Origin: Acaryochloris marina MBIC11017
Lineage (GTDB): Bacteria > Cyanobacteriota > Cyanobacteriia > Thermosynechococcales > Thermosynechococcaceae
Reading direction: 5' to 3'
DNA length: 32,000 nucleotides
Assembly (NCBI RefSeq): GCF_000018105.1
Contig: NC_009925.1
Span: 5,280,001-5,312,000, forward strand
Shown: one piece after another, positions 8,252 to 17,947 of the stretch
Layout: every line of letters begins with the position of its first letter
Position numbering within the stretch: position 1 is the first letter of the stretch
The notes under the pieces: generated by a model
Databases searched by the model: none
What the model was told of the DNA's origin: nothing
The model's input: only the letters and a program-made list of their open reading frames with translations
Made by a program: the position numbers and the translations under genes

Positions 8252-10729
8252 CTATGTAAAAATTGCTCCACCCATGAGTTTTTGATAGCGAAGATTTAAT
8301 TCGGATTGCATCAGGGGCCAAGCCCCTAAAGTGCTGTCTTTTTCCAAAACTTTTTCAGCCGCTTGACGGGCTAATTCTAAGGTCTCTTGATCGTCCACTA
8401 AGCTGGCTAGGGCGAGATCAGGCAGCCCCGATTGGCGGGTGCCTAGAACTTCCCCTGGCCCCCGAAAGCGGAGATCCATTTCGGCAATAAAAAAGCCATC
8501 TTGGGACTGCTCCAATACTGCTAACCGCTGGCGAGCCGTTTCCGTTTTGGAACTATTCATCAGTAGGCAATAGGATTGATGGGCTCCTCGACCGACTCGA
8601 CCTCGGAGCTGATGGAGCTGGGATAGGCCAAACCGATCGGCATGTTCAATTAACATCACCGTGGCATTGGGAATATCGACGCCCACTTCCACTACAGTGG
8701 TTGAAACCAAAATATGCAGCGTATGCTCCCGGAACTGGGAAATCACCTCCTCTTTTTCCGCCGAAGTGAGCCGTCCATGCAGCAGCCCCACCTGGAAGTT
8801 GGGGAAAATGGTGGTTTGAAGACGATCATGCTCTTGCACCGCTGAGCGCAGATCGAGTTTTTCAGATTCCTCTACTAGGGGTAAGACAATATAAATTTGC
8901 CGTCCCTGGGCGATTTCCCGTCGCATGAGGTCGTAGGCATGGGCACGATCGCGGGTCGTTAGCATCGTCGTCTGAATCGCCTGTCGTCCCGGTGGCAGCT
9001 CGTCAATCTGACTGACATCCAGGTCGCCATGGAGGGTTAGGGCCAGGGTGCGGGGAATAGGGGTGGCAGTCATGGTGAGCACATGGGGATGCTGACCTTT
9101 TTGCTGCAGCAGGGCTCGCTGCTGGACGCCAAAGCGATGTTGTTCGTCAATGACAGCTAAACCCAAGCGATCAAACTCCACGTTGTCTTGAATCAGGGCA
9201 TGGGTGCCGACGAGTAAGGGTAGTTCCCCTGTTTTGAGCTGTTCAGCAATTTGTCGGCGTTTGGCTGCTTTGGTGGAGCCCGTCAGCAAATCAACGGGTA
9301 GATGCAGCTGGTTAAACCATTCCACGAGCTTATGATAATGCTGCTCAGCCAGAACTTCCGTGGGGGCCATCAGGGCGGTTTGATACCCAGATTGAATGGC
9401 TGATAGAAGGGCAATCACCGCCACTACGGTTTTACCTGACCCCACATCCCCTTGAACCAGGCGGTTCATCGGCTGAGTAGATTGCAAATCCGCCAAAATA
9501 TCTTGAACAACTCGCTTTTGCGCCCCGGTTAGGGTAAAGGGCAATACCTCATAGAACCGTTCCAGTAATTCCCCATGCACGCTTAAGGGCACACTTTCTT
9601 GGGTCTGGCGCTGCTGTTGGCGGCGGACTAGCATCCCAAGCTGCAGATAGAAGAATTCATCGAAGATTAAGCGGTGGCGGGCTCGATCTAGGGCATCACT
9701 ATCGGGGGGGAAATGCACATCTGCGATCGCACTCGGCAAATCCGTCAAATTATTCTGCTGCCGCAGGCCCTCTGGTAACGGATCGCGGAGGCTTTTTGCA
9801 GCAGGCAAGGCTGCCACCACCGCTCGCCGTACCAGATCCGGGGTGACCCCTTCCGTCAGAGCATAGATGGGCACCACTCGACCAATGACCATGGACTCAA
9901 TTTTGTCCCCAGAATGGTTAAGCACCTCCAGGTCAGGGTTATCTAGGGTGATGCCATACTTGCTGCTTTTAACCAAACCAGAAGCTGCCACCACCGCTCC
10001 AGGAGGGTAAAGACGCTTTTGTTGTTCTTGCCAACCTCGACTGCGAAACCGATTGCCGGCATAGAAGCGGCTGAGTTTTAACTGGCCCGTGGCGTCTTTG
10101 ACCACTAGCTCAAAGATGGTGAGCTTGGGATTGCGGGGACTACTAAAGCAATTCACCCGCCGTACCGTCGCCACCAAGGTAACCGTTGCCCCTTCCTCTA
10201 GGTCCCGAATCGACACCTGGCGGGCATAGTCAATATGGTCACGGGGATAGTAGAACAGTAAATCCCGCACGCTAAACAGCCCTAGCTTCTCTAATTTCTG
10301 AGCGCTTTTAGGGCCAATTCCAGACAAAGACAGAATGGGCAGATCGAGGGATAGTTTCTGGGGGGTGGCCTTGAGTTTTTGGGTGGCTGGCTTCCGGGGC
10401 TTGGGGGGCGGATCTGTGGCCTGACGGTAGTCTTTCTGGGTGGAATAAAGAAGACGTCGAGTTTCAGCCACTAGGTGCTGGCGCTGATTCAGGGTCAGGT
10501 CTGCGTAACCGCCAAACTTCTGAGCCGTAGACTGCCACCGTTCTTGTACCGCAGACTCGGAATGGGGCGGGACCGTGCTGGCCAAACTCTGTTGGAGAAA
10601 TTGACTAAAGCGAAATTGCTTGCCTTCTAGGTCACAAAATCCGCGATCCGCTTCTACAGAGAGAGCCTGTTGCAACCTCACCCAATCGGGAAGGTTGGTG
10701 GTGGACACAACTGGAACAGAATCACCCAT
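8252..10729 (-). CDS. recG: ATP-dependent DNA helicase RecG
   Basis: 825-aa ORF with Walker A GDVGSGKT, DEQHRFG, TATPIPRTL and QLHQLRGRVGRG. The wedge/OB region and C-terminal TRG-like segment fit RecG architecture. Confidence 0.95.
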   Translation of the reverse strand: MGDSVPVVSTTNLPDWVRLQQALSVEADRGFCDLEGKQFRFSQFLQQSLASTVPPHSESAVQERWQSTAQKFGGYADLTLNQRQHLVAETRRLLYSTQKDYRQATDPPPKPRKPATQKLKATPQKLSLDLPILSLSGIGPKSAQKLEKLGLFSVRDLLFYYPRDHIDYARQVSIRDLEEGATVTLVATVRRVNCFSSPRNPKLTIFELVVKDATGQLKLSRFYAGNRFRSRGWQEQQKRLYPPGAVVAASGLVKSSKYGITLDNPDLEVLNHSGDKIESMVIGRVVPIYALTEGVTPDLVRRAVVAALPAAKSLRDPLPEGLRQQNNLTDLPSAIADVHFPPDSDALDRARHRLIFDEFFYLQLGMLVRRQQQRQTQESVPLSVHGELLERFYEVLPFTLTGAQKRVVQDILADLQSTQPMNRLVQGDVGSGKTVVAVIALLSAIQSGYQTALMAPTEVLAEQHYHKLVEWFNQLHLPVDLLTGSTKAAKRRQIAEQLKTGELPLLVGTHALIQDNVEFDRLGLAVIDEQHRFGVQQRALLQQKGQHPHVLTMTATPIPRTLALTLHGDLDVSQIDELPPGRQAIQTTMLTTRDRAHAYDLMRREIAQGRQIYIVLPLVEESEKLDLRSAVQEHDRLQTTIFPNFQVGLLHGRLTSAEKEEVISQFREHTLHILVSTTVVEVGVDIPNATVMLIEHADRFGLSQLHQLRGRVGRGAHQSYCLLMNSSKTETARQRLAVLEQSQDGFFIAEMDLRFRGPGEVLGTRQSGLPDLALASLVDDQETLELARQAAEKVLEKDSTLGAWPLMQSELNLRYQKLMGGAIFT

Positions 10730-10763
10730 AGACGTTGCAGCGATATTGCCCCCATTGTAATGA

Positions 10764-11294
10764 TCAATGGAGATCTTGAGATCGGTTCATGGCAGATGGC
10801 AACAGCTCATATTGCCAGATGGGCATGCCGTTGAGGGAGAGAGTCATCGTTTTCTGGCTACCCAACCGTTGGGCGACCCGTTGCGATCGCACATTCTCGG
10901 GATGAATCAAGCTAATCAGGGTGGGGCGCTGTAACTGATTAAAGGCCACATCGACGGCTGCTTTGGCACTTTCTAGGGCATAGCCATATCCCCAGTGGGA
11001 TCTGGCCAGCATCCAGCCCACTTCTAACCCCGGCCATCCTTCGGGATAGTAGAGGCCGACTCGGCCAATCAGCGTTTGTGTGGCTTTTTCCTCTACCGCC
11101 CATAAGCCATAGCCTCTAATAGCCCAATGCCCCAACACCATGGCCATATTTTTCCAGGCTTGGGCTCGAGATAAGGTTTCGCCAGCCCCAACATAAGCAA
11201 CAACCTCAGGATCTGCCAGCATGGCTGCATAGGCATCTAAATCAGCAGCGCCAAACTGTCGCAGATGAAGGCGTTCTGTTTCTAATATCTGCAT
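10764..11294 (-). CDS. GNAT family N-acetyltransferase (RimJ/RimL-like)
   Basis: I prefer the start at ATG 11294 (MQILETERLHLRQF, the usual N-terminus of this family). The track ORF extends to a TTG at 11339 and would then overlap the upstream stop by 4 nt. The body WGYGYALESAKAAVDVAF is typical of GNAT. Confidence 0.85.
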   Translation of the reverse strand: MQILETERLHLRQFGAADLDAYAAMLADPEVVAYVGAGETLSRAQAWKNMAMVLGHWAIRGYGLWAVEEKATQTLIGRVGLYYPEGWPGLEVGWMLARSHWGYGYALESAKAAVDVAFNQLQRPTLISLIHPENVRSQRVAQRLGSQKTMTLSLNGMPIWQYELLPSAMNRSQDLH

Positions 11295-11335
11295 CTTGGG
11301 GGTAAGGGTTCTAAAAAGCGATGGCAGTGTCAGCC

Positions 11336-14032
11336 TCAATTCACCAGCAATGCCGGTTGGGGCAAAGTCTGCTTAATATCCTGTTCTGACATTTGATATT
11401 GCAAGCTTTTAGCCTGAAGTTTGCTAGTGGCTTCCAGAACCGGGAGGGGAGGGCTAATCAAGAACCCCTGTACGGTTTCACATTTTAAAGACTTCAGCAA
11501 TTCTAACTGTTCAGGGGTGTCTACCCCTTCTGCCACCACGCTTAAATGCAGCCCCCGTCCTAGAGAAAGCACCGCATTAATCACCTCTAGCTCTTTAGCA
11601 TCCGACGTCAATCGTTTGATAAAGGATTGATCAATTTTTAGGGTATCTAAGGGGAGCTGGGTGAGATAGTTCAGAGACGAAAAGCCCGTACCAAAATCAT
11701 CCATGGCAATCTTAATTCCCATCCCCTGAAGCTGTTTCAAGACTTGTTGGGCCAGAGGAATATTCTTAATGGCAATGGTTTCGGTAATTTCTAATTCCAA
11801 ATATTTAGGGTCAAGCTGGGTTTGCCTTAACACCTGGGAAATAGTTTCCACCAAGGTGGGGTCATAAAATTGCCGAGCCGATAAGTTAACGGAGATGGTC
11901 AAGGGCAGACCAGAGATCCGTTGCCACTCCACGATTTGTTGGCAGGCCACTTCCAACACCCATTTGCCAATTTGGACGATGAGATCCGACTCTTCAGCCA
12001 GGGGGATAAAGGTGGCGGGAGACACCAGCCCCTGCTCAGGATGTTGCCAACGAATCAGCGCTTCTAACCCGGTAATTTCCCCAGACTGCAAATTGATTTG
12101 GGGTTGATAGAACAACATGAATTCCTGACGTTCTAACGCATGACGGAGGTTATTTTGGAGGGCAAACAACTCCGTGGCTTCCGAATTCATATCGGCATCA
12201 TACACTTGAAAAATGCCCCGCCCTTGTTCCTTACATTGATAGAGGGCAACGTCAGCATTTTGCAAGAGCACTTCTGCTTCTTGACCATCATCCGGAAAGC
12301 AGGCAATACCGATACTGGCATTGATGTAGATTTCATGATGATCAATTTTCACCACTTCCTTGAAGGCATCTAAGATCCGCTGGGCAGTCCTTGTTGCATC
12401 GGCAATGGTTCTGATCTTTGCTAGTAAGAGGGTAAATTCATCACCGCCCCAACGAGCCACCGTGTCTCCACCCCGTAAACAATGTTGCAATCGATTGGCA
12501 ACTTCTTTTAGCAGTTCATCTCCGACGGAATGACCCAAGGTATCGTTAATGGTTTTGAATTTATCCAGGTCCATAAACATGACCGCCAGATTATCTTGAT
12601 TGCGGCGGGCATCCGTTAGGGCATGATCCAACCGTTCGGCAAAGAGCACTCGGTTGGGCAATCCCGTTAAGGCATCGTGAAAGGCTTGCCGATGAATAAT
12701 TTCATCCTTATCCTGTCGCTCTAGGGCTGCACTGACGCTAGCTGCCATGGTTCGTAGAATGGCCTCTTCTTGGTCAGACCATTGGTAATGGTCATTACAG
12801 TCATGGAGTTCTACAAATCCCCAAAAGTTGTTTTTGACAATGATGGGAACTGCGAGAACCGATTGAACCTTCTCTTGGGAAAACACGGTTTGTTCAGCCG
12901 TCGAGAAGCTCTGAGTGACACCACTAATGGCAGCACCGCCCGCTAACGTGGTGTACCATCGCTGCAGATGGGGATTGCTATAGAGCTGATTTTGCCGATG
13001 TTCTAAATGACGAATTGAAGCAATCTGAGGGCCAGTCCATTCGTAGCGAATGCTAGTGGCTAACCGATGGGTCTCTGCATGGACATGGTTCTCGCTAATA
13101 CAGATGCGATCCACTCCGGCGGTGGTGCCAAATTGGGCAAGAGCTGCATCAATGGCTTCTTCATAACTGCCATTGGCGAGCAGGTGGGTGGTGGCTTCGG
13201 CAACGCTTTGCAACAACCGATCTCGCTTGAATAATTCCGCCTCAACTTTTTTCCGTTCGGTGATGTCGGATAAGCAACAGCGGATCAGACCATTCTCAGA
13301 GATAAAGTGAATGGACTGTTCATAAACCTGCTCGTCAACCGTCACTTCCCGGCTAAGGATTTTTTGTTTAGAGGATTGGGTGAGGGCAATGAGTCCTTGA
13401 ACCGTGGGATGGTCTACCCCTAGAACTTGCAGGCTGGGAAAAGCGTTGTAGGCAGCGGGGTTGATATAGGTCAAATCTCCTTTGAGATTGACTTCAAACA
13501 TGGGGCTGGGCAAAATTTCGGGAAAAGAGGCTAAGCGAACCAAAGAGGTTGCCCCGAAACTCGGAGGCTCATCCCCTTCATGGACAAAGGTTTCCCGAGG
13601 ATTAATATCTCGGGTGACGGCTTCTTCAAAATCGAAGTTTTTGCAAAAATCGCCAAATTCGAGATCGGTCAATGCCCCTAAAACGAGGTATTTGGCCTTC
13701 ATTTGGCGGCCAAACACAATCCGATCGCCATGATTGAGCTTAGTGGAGGCACATTTCTCGCCATTCACAGAGGTGCCGTTCGTGCTGGGCTCTCCCTGCA
13801 AGTTGCCATCAATCAGCATAAATCCGTAGCTATTGGGATCCGCATTGGTTACTCGCAAAAACAAGGCATGCTGACGAGAAATCCCTTGGGAGCGGACGAC
13901 GATGGAATTGGTTAGATCACGGCCAAGGAAATAGGAAGATTCTTCCAAAGGCACTAAGCGAAAACCATCTAAATCCTCAAGGATTAAGAGATGCCGGATT
14001 TTGCGTTGCGGGTCATTGAGGTCTGTTGGCAC
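11336..14032 (-). CDS. Multidomain c-di-GMP signalling protein: FHA - PAS - GAF - GGDEF - EAL
   Basis: 898-aa ORF. N-terminal FHA pattern (YFLGRD...ISRQHALF...DGNLQGEPSTNGTSVNGEK). Intact GGDEF (ARWGGDEFTLL). Intact EAL elements (EALIRWQHPEQG, DDFGTGFSSLNYL). Confidence 0.9.
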   Translation of the reverse strand: MPTDLNDPQRKIRHLLILEDLDGFRLVPLEESSYFLGRDLTNSIVVRSQGISRQHALFLRVTNADPNSYGFMLIDGNLQGEPSTNGTSVNGEKCASTKLNHGDRIVFGRQMKAKYLVLGALTDLEFGDFCKNFDFEEAVTRDINPRETFVHEGDEPPSFGATSLVRLASFPEILPSPMFEVNLKGDLTYINPAAYNAFPSLQVLGVDHPTVQGLIALTQSSKQKILSREVTVDEQVYEQSIHFISENGLIRCCLSDITERKKVEAELFKRDRLLQSVAEATTHLLANGSYEEAIDAALAQFGTTAGVDRICISENHVHAETHRLATSIRYEWTGPQIASIRHLEHRQNQLYSNPHLQRWYTTLAGGAAISGVTQSFSTAEQTVFSQEKVQSVLAVPIIVKNNFWGFVELHDCNDHYQWSDQEEAILRTMAASVSAALERQDKDEIIHRQAFHDALTGLPNRVLFAERLDHALTDARRNQDNLAVMFMDLDKFKTINDTLGHSVGDELLKEVANRLQHCLRGGDTVARWGGDEFTLLLAKIRTIADATRTAQRILDAFKEVVKIDHHEIYINASIGIACFPDDGQEAEVLLQNADVALYQCKEQGRGIFQVYDADMNSEATELFALQNNLRHALERQEFMLFYQPQINLQSGEITGLEALIRWQHPEQGLVSPATFIPLAEESDLIVQIGKWVLEVACQQIVEWQRISGLPLTISVNLSARQFYDPTLVETISQVLRQTQLDPKYLELEITETIAIKNIPLAQQVLKQLQGMGIKIAMDDFGTGFSSLNYLTQLPLDTLKIDQSFIKRLTSDAKELEVINAVLSLGRGLHLSVVAEGVDTPEQLELLKSLKCETVQGFLISPPLPVLEATSKLQAKSLQYQMSEQDIKQTLPQPALLVN

Positions 14033-14186
14033 GGATCATGGTGTCGCGACGTTACAATGGTCGTCCAATTTCAGGTTGATCGACATCAGTAAAACTATCG
14101 ATTTTCTGGGGTGATCCGCATTTCCGCCCCAGATATCTAGATATTTCTACTGGCTATTGGCAAGAGCAAAGGACATTATTGCCACG

Positions 14187-16130
14187 TTATTCCTGCTGCT
14201 CATCGGCATAAAAGCGATAAAACAGGTAGGCATCATCAAAGGGATGCTCATCCAAAACGTGATGAATAATCCGTTTTCGCATCAGAAGCCGACCAATGCG
14301 TAGGGCTTCTTTGCGGGTGGCTCGTTGAGTCCGCATCAGCCAAATCACAGCTTCCGAGCCCACAAAACATTGGGGATAAATATTCAGCCGATGACGACGA
14401 TCTTGAATATCCAGTCCCTGTTCTCCTTTCATCTGGGCCACGAGTTCTGGCAGGTTGATTTGGGGAGCGGATGGCCGGGAGATGGGCTGAGGGCTAGGTG
14501 GGGGGGAAGCCAGGATCGGTTGGGATGGCGGTTGCGATCTCACGGAGTCTGGATAGTACAAATGAGGGGCATTCTCTGTCCGCTGCTGCACGAGCAAATC
14601 GATCAGCTGCTCTAGATGGGGCGATCGCACATGCAAATCCCGCTGGGGAAACGGAATTTCGATCTGGTACTGGCGGAGCATAGCTTCGATACGGAAATAC
14701 AAATCGCTTTTTAGACGATACTGCTGCCGAGGTTCACGAAACCATACCAAGACTTCAAAGTTCAGGGCACTCTCTCCAAACCCCAGAAACTGAACTTGGG
14801 GTTGAGGATGGGCCAGAACTTCTGGATGATGGCTGACGGATTCAATCAGGGCCGTTTGGACGCGATCCACATCACAACCATAGGCCACGTCCACGGGCAG
14901 GTGTAGGCGGGAGACGGGGCTGCTATGGCTCCAGTTCACCACTTCTTTTTCTAAAAAATGGGAGTTGGGGACGATGATCGTCACTTCATCGTGGGTGCGC
15001 AGTTCGGTGCTTCGGGTCCCAATTTTCTCGACGGAACCCACTAGCTCTCCCACCTTGATGAAATCTCCGGCTTCGATGGGGCGATCCAGAAGCAGGATGA
15101 TACCGCTAATAAAGTTGCTGACGATATTTTGGAGACCAAAGCCAATGCCCAAACCTAGGGCACTGCCGACAATAAGCAGGGCACCGATATCCACCCCCAA
15201 CACTTGGAGGATGACTACCACTCCCAACCCGGTGAGGACATATTGGGTGAGAATTGCGATCGCATCTTGCAATCCCCGATTCACACCCAAGAGCGGCAAG
15301 ATTCTCGACTTGAGTAGCAGTGTCAACCCCCGTACAATCACCCACAACCCCAGAATCAATCCCACCACAATCAACAGGTCAACAATGCCGTATCCCTGTT
15401 CCTGCTCTTTCAGGATCAAGATGGGTTCGTCAAAGCTCCGTAACACCAAGTACAGCAGGGTACGGAATTGGGGGAATAGTTCGCAAATATAGTAACCCAC
15501 CCCAACCCAAACCAAGAGCTGAAGGCTCGTCAACCCCAATAGCGCCAGAGGGCGCTTCGTATCCTGCATCGTTCGCAGCTGCTGCCGCCGCCAGCGCAGC
15601 CGGATCCATTGAATACCGCAGTGCAGGAGAATCGCTAGCAACACCCCCAGCCCACTCTTGAGGATGGCTTGGCGTCGATAGCTCGGGGTGCGTTCCTTCA
15701 GACCCGTGGCAATCGCCCGATTAATCGTGCGCTGCCACCCCACGGCTTGTTCCATGGCATCCTGGCCCAACATGACATCGCGATCCGTCACCGTTAAGAG
15801 GTGACGGTCGGCTAAACGCAAGGTCGGTAAAGCGCCTGGCGTCACCTTCACTGTGGGAACACCAGGGGAATCCTGGGCTGCTGCAAAATCTCGTATCGCT
15901 TGGGCTAAGCTATCGTTGGCCTGCTTAGCCCGATCTTTTGCCGAGAACTCCCTGAGCTTGCTGACTTGAAACAGGACTTTGCCATCTAGCACAATTGGAG
16001 CGGTATCGAAGCTGCGACCAATGGTAATCTCCGCTCGGGATGGCAGGGAAAATCCAGTCAGGAAGAGGGTCAGACTGAACAACAGAATTAGAAAGCCTTG
16101 AACGGGCCGAAATGGTCGTCGATACAGCAT
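14187..16130 (-). CDS. MscS-family mechanosensitive channel with Pro-rich linker and C-terminal DEP-like domain
   Basis: MscS core (FISGIILLLDRPIEAGDFIKVGELVGSVEKIGTRSTELRTHDEVTIIVPNS). C-terminal CFVGSEAVIWLMRTQRATRKEALRIGRLLMRKRIIHHVLDEHPFDDAYLFYRF resembles the DEP signature. I prefer ATG 16130 (MLYRRPF...). The track uses a TTG at 16145. Confidence 0.85.
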   Translation of the reverse strand: MLYRRPFRPVQGFLILLFSLTLFLTGFSLPSRAEITIGRSFDTAPIVLDGKVLFQVSKLREFSAKDRAKQANDSLAQAIRDFAAAQDSPGVPTVKVTPGALPTLRLADRHLLTVTDRDVMLGQDAMEQAVGWQRTINRAIATGLKERTPSYRRQAILKSGLGVLLAILLHCGIQWIRLRWRRQQLRTMQDTKRPLALLGLTSLQLLVWVGVGYYICELFPQFRTLLYLVLRSFDEPILILKEQEQGYGIVDLLIVVGLILGLWVIVRGLTLLLKSRILPLLGVNRGLQDAIAILTQYVLTGLGVVVILQVLGVDIGALLIVGSALGLGIGFGLQNIVSNFISGIILLLDRPIEAGDFIKVGELVGSVEKIGTRSTELRTHDEVTIIVPNSHFLEKEVVNWSHSSPVSRLHLPVDVAYGCDVDRVQTALIESVSHHPEVLAHPQPQVQFLGFGESALNFEVLVWFREPRQQYRLKSDLYFRIEAMLRQYQIEIPFPQRDLHVRSPHLEQLIDLLVQQRTENAPHLYYPDSVRSQPPSQPILASPPPSPQPISRPSAPQINLPELVAQMKGEQGLDIQDRRHRLNIYPQCFVGSEAVIWLMRTQRATRKEALRIGRLLMRKRIIHHVLDEHPFDDAYLFYRFYADEQQE

Positions 16131-16265
16131 CTCAGAGATAGGCAAACTTGCACCTCACCCATTATTCAAGGGTGACATGATAAGAGTCTGAAATCATGCT
16201 GATCTTTTTGGAATGGTGTGCTGACGTCGAACTGTTACACCAGCGTAGGCTATCGGGATAGCCCC

Positions 16266-16760
16266 TCAACAATGGTCATTGCGAATTTTTCCACTGGGAA
16301 AAATGGTTTGGCAATAGCGGCTATAGCTGACATCAGCCCCACTCATATCCGCCCCTCGTAAGTTGGCCCCTTGCAGATTGGATTCACTTAGATCCACGCC
16401 GCTCAGATCAGCATTCTGGAGATCTGCATCGGTCAGATTGGCTTCACTCAAATCCACGCCGCTCAAATCGGCATCCTTGAGATTGGCCTTTGTGAGATTA
16501 GCGGCACTTAAGTCCACCCCACTCAAATCGGCCTTGTGCAGATCGGTTTGGGCTAGGTTGGCATCGCTCAGATCCGCACCACTCAAATCAGCTTGGCTCA
16601 GATTAACCTCACTCAAGTTACAGCCACAGAACTCAGCCCCACTAAAATCGGCTTGGCTGAGATCCAGCTGATGCAGATCCAGGGCCGTGAAATCGGCTCC
16701 GGCAAATCGCCGTTCTCCGGCTGCGTAGCGACGGCTTAATTCGTCTCGACTGAGTTTCAT
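16266..16760 (-). CDS. Pentapeptide repeat protein
   Basis: 164-aa ORF with a long run of A(D/N)LSx pentads (ADLSGADLSDANLAQTDLHKADLSGVDLSAANL...). Confidence 0.9.
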   Translation of the reverse strand: MKLSRDELSRRYAAGERRFAGADFTALDLHQLDLSQADFSGAEFCGCNLSEVNLSQADLSGADLSDANLAQTDLHKADLSGVDLSAANLTKANLKDADLSGVDLSEANLTDADLQNADLSGVDLSESNLQGANLRGADMSGADVSYSRYCQTIFPSGKIRNDHC

Positions 16761-16798
16761 AGGTTTACTGGCGTTGCTGACGTTTCAACCATAGCTTA

Positions 16799-16810
16799 CT
16801 CCCTTCCCGC
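16799..16810. repeat. IS630 left terminal inverted repeat
   Basis: CTCCCTTCCCGC, the perfect reverse complement of 17948-17959, preceded by TA. Confidence 0.8.
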
Positions 16811-16841
16811 TGTAAAATGGGGAAAAGAGCAAATAGTCACA

Positions 16842-17375
16842 TTGAATCGAACACAAGCCTTTCTGGACAAGCCTTTTGATGCGGATGAGTGGCAGAAATT
16901 CTACTACCGCAATCAACAACACTACATTCGACAGCGCTTGACCGCGATCAAATTGCTGAATGAAGGACACAGTCGTACCCAAGTGAGCGAACAAGTGGGG
17001 TGTAGCTATGATACGTTAACGCGTTGGATGGACAAATATCTCGATGGTGGACTCCAGGGCTTGGTCCAACCCATTCGACATCAAAAACCTAGTCGGTTGA
17101 GCCCAGAGGAACAACAACAACTCAAAGAGATGGTTCTGACGCAACGTCCGACAGACTATGGTATTGACCGCAATATGTGGACAGGTGCAATTTTAGCCGT
17201 TGTGATTGAGCAGCGTTTCGAGGTGCAGCTGAAAGATTCGCGTATCTACGAATTGCTATCAGAGTTGGGGTTATCTTACCAACGCGCCCATCGTGACTAT
17301 GCGAATGCTGACCTGAACGCCCAGAAAGAGTGGGTGGCGGCTGTTAAAAAAACTGCAATCACGACAATCGGATGA
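16842..17375 (+). CDS. IS630 transposase, N-terminal HTH part (orfA)
   Basis: 177-aa ORF with HTH-like segments (HSRTQVSEQVGCSYDTLTRWMDKY; WTGAILAVVIEQRFEVQLKDSRIYELLSELGLSYQRA). It ends shortly after an A7 tract (17346-17352). Confidence 0.8.
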   Translation: MNRTQAFLDKPFDADEWQKFYYRNQQHYIRQRLTAIKLLNEGHSRTQVSEQVGCSYDTLTRWMDKYLDGGLQGLVQPIRHQKPSRLSPEEQQQLKEMVLTQRPTDYGIDRNMWTGAILAVVIEQRFEVQLKDSRIYELLSELGLSYQRAHRDYANADLNAQKEWVAAVKKTAITTIG

Positions 17376-17382
17376 GCGCATC

Positions 17383-17940
17383 TTGTTCTTTGACGAATTT
17401 GCGGTGTCTGAGCGTCCTAGGTTGTTCTATGGCTGGGCAGAACGCAACACTCGTCCACAGGTCAAGAGTAATGAGCGGGCTCGCAACAAGCTCAATGGGT
17501 TACTGTGCGTCGATGCCCACAGTGGCGAAGAGTATTTCGCTCTGAGCCCACAGGCTAAAACAGAAGATATCTCTGAGTACTTTGCAGACCTATGTCTGGA
17601 TAGCGTTGAGCTGGGCTACACTCAACTGTGCCTTATTCTCGATAACAATCCGACCCATAAGGGCAAGATGCGCTCCCAACTCGCTATCCATCTAGAGCAG
17701 ATGGGGCTCACCCAATCGATTCAAGTTGAGTTTTTATATTTGCCGTCCTACTCTCCCAAGTTGAACTTGGTTGAATATGTGATTCACTTACTACGCTTAC
17801 GATGTCTGCACCATCTCCCTCTTGGAACGACCCTGACACAGATCAAACAACAGCTCCATGAGTTCTTTGCTGCTAACCAGTTTCTATCGGCTGAACAAGT
17901 TCAAAACAGCCTGAATTTTATATTTTCACTTGTTCCATAA
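17383..17940 (+). CDS. IS630 transposase, DDE catalytic part (orfB, +1 frame relative to orfA)
   Basis: Contains ILFFDEF, LILDNNPTHK and LPSYSPKLNLVEY (DDE triad context). This frame is open from 17317, so it overlaps orfA across the A7 tract. The true product probably begins by frame change rather than at the listed TTG. Confidence 0.8.
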   Translation: MFFDEFAVSERPRLFYGWAERNTRPQVKSNERARNKLNGLLCVDAHSGEEYFALSPQAKTEDISEYFADLCLDSVELGYTQLCLILDNNPTHKGKMRSQLAIHLEQMGLTQSIQVEFLYLPSYSPKLNLVEYVIHLLRLRCLHHLPLGTTLTQIKQQLHEFFAANQFLSAEQVQNSLNFIFSLVP

Positions 17941-17947
17941 TCTTATG

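Noticed and set aside
11421-13915. Five + strand ORFs (69-83 aa) inside the FHA-GGDEF-EAL gene
   Set aside because: They are shadow ORFs antisense to a strongly supported multidomain gene.
14325-15661. Several + strand ORFs (96, 61, 175 and 113 aa) inside the MscS gene
   Set aside because: They are antisense to a well-supported 650-aa channel gene and have low-complexity Pro/Ser/Arg-rich translations, which is typical of shadow ORFs.
16363-16671. 102-aa + strand ORF rich in Leu/Ser/Arg repeats
   Set aside because: It is the antisense reading of the pentapeptide-repeat gene, so its periodicity is a mirror of the real repeats.
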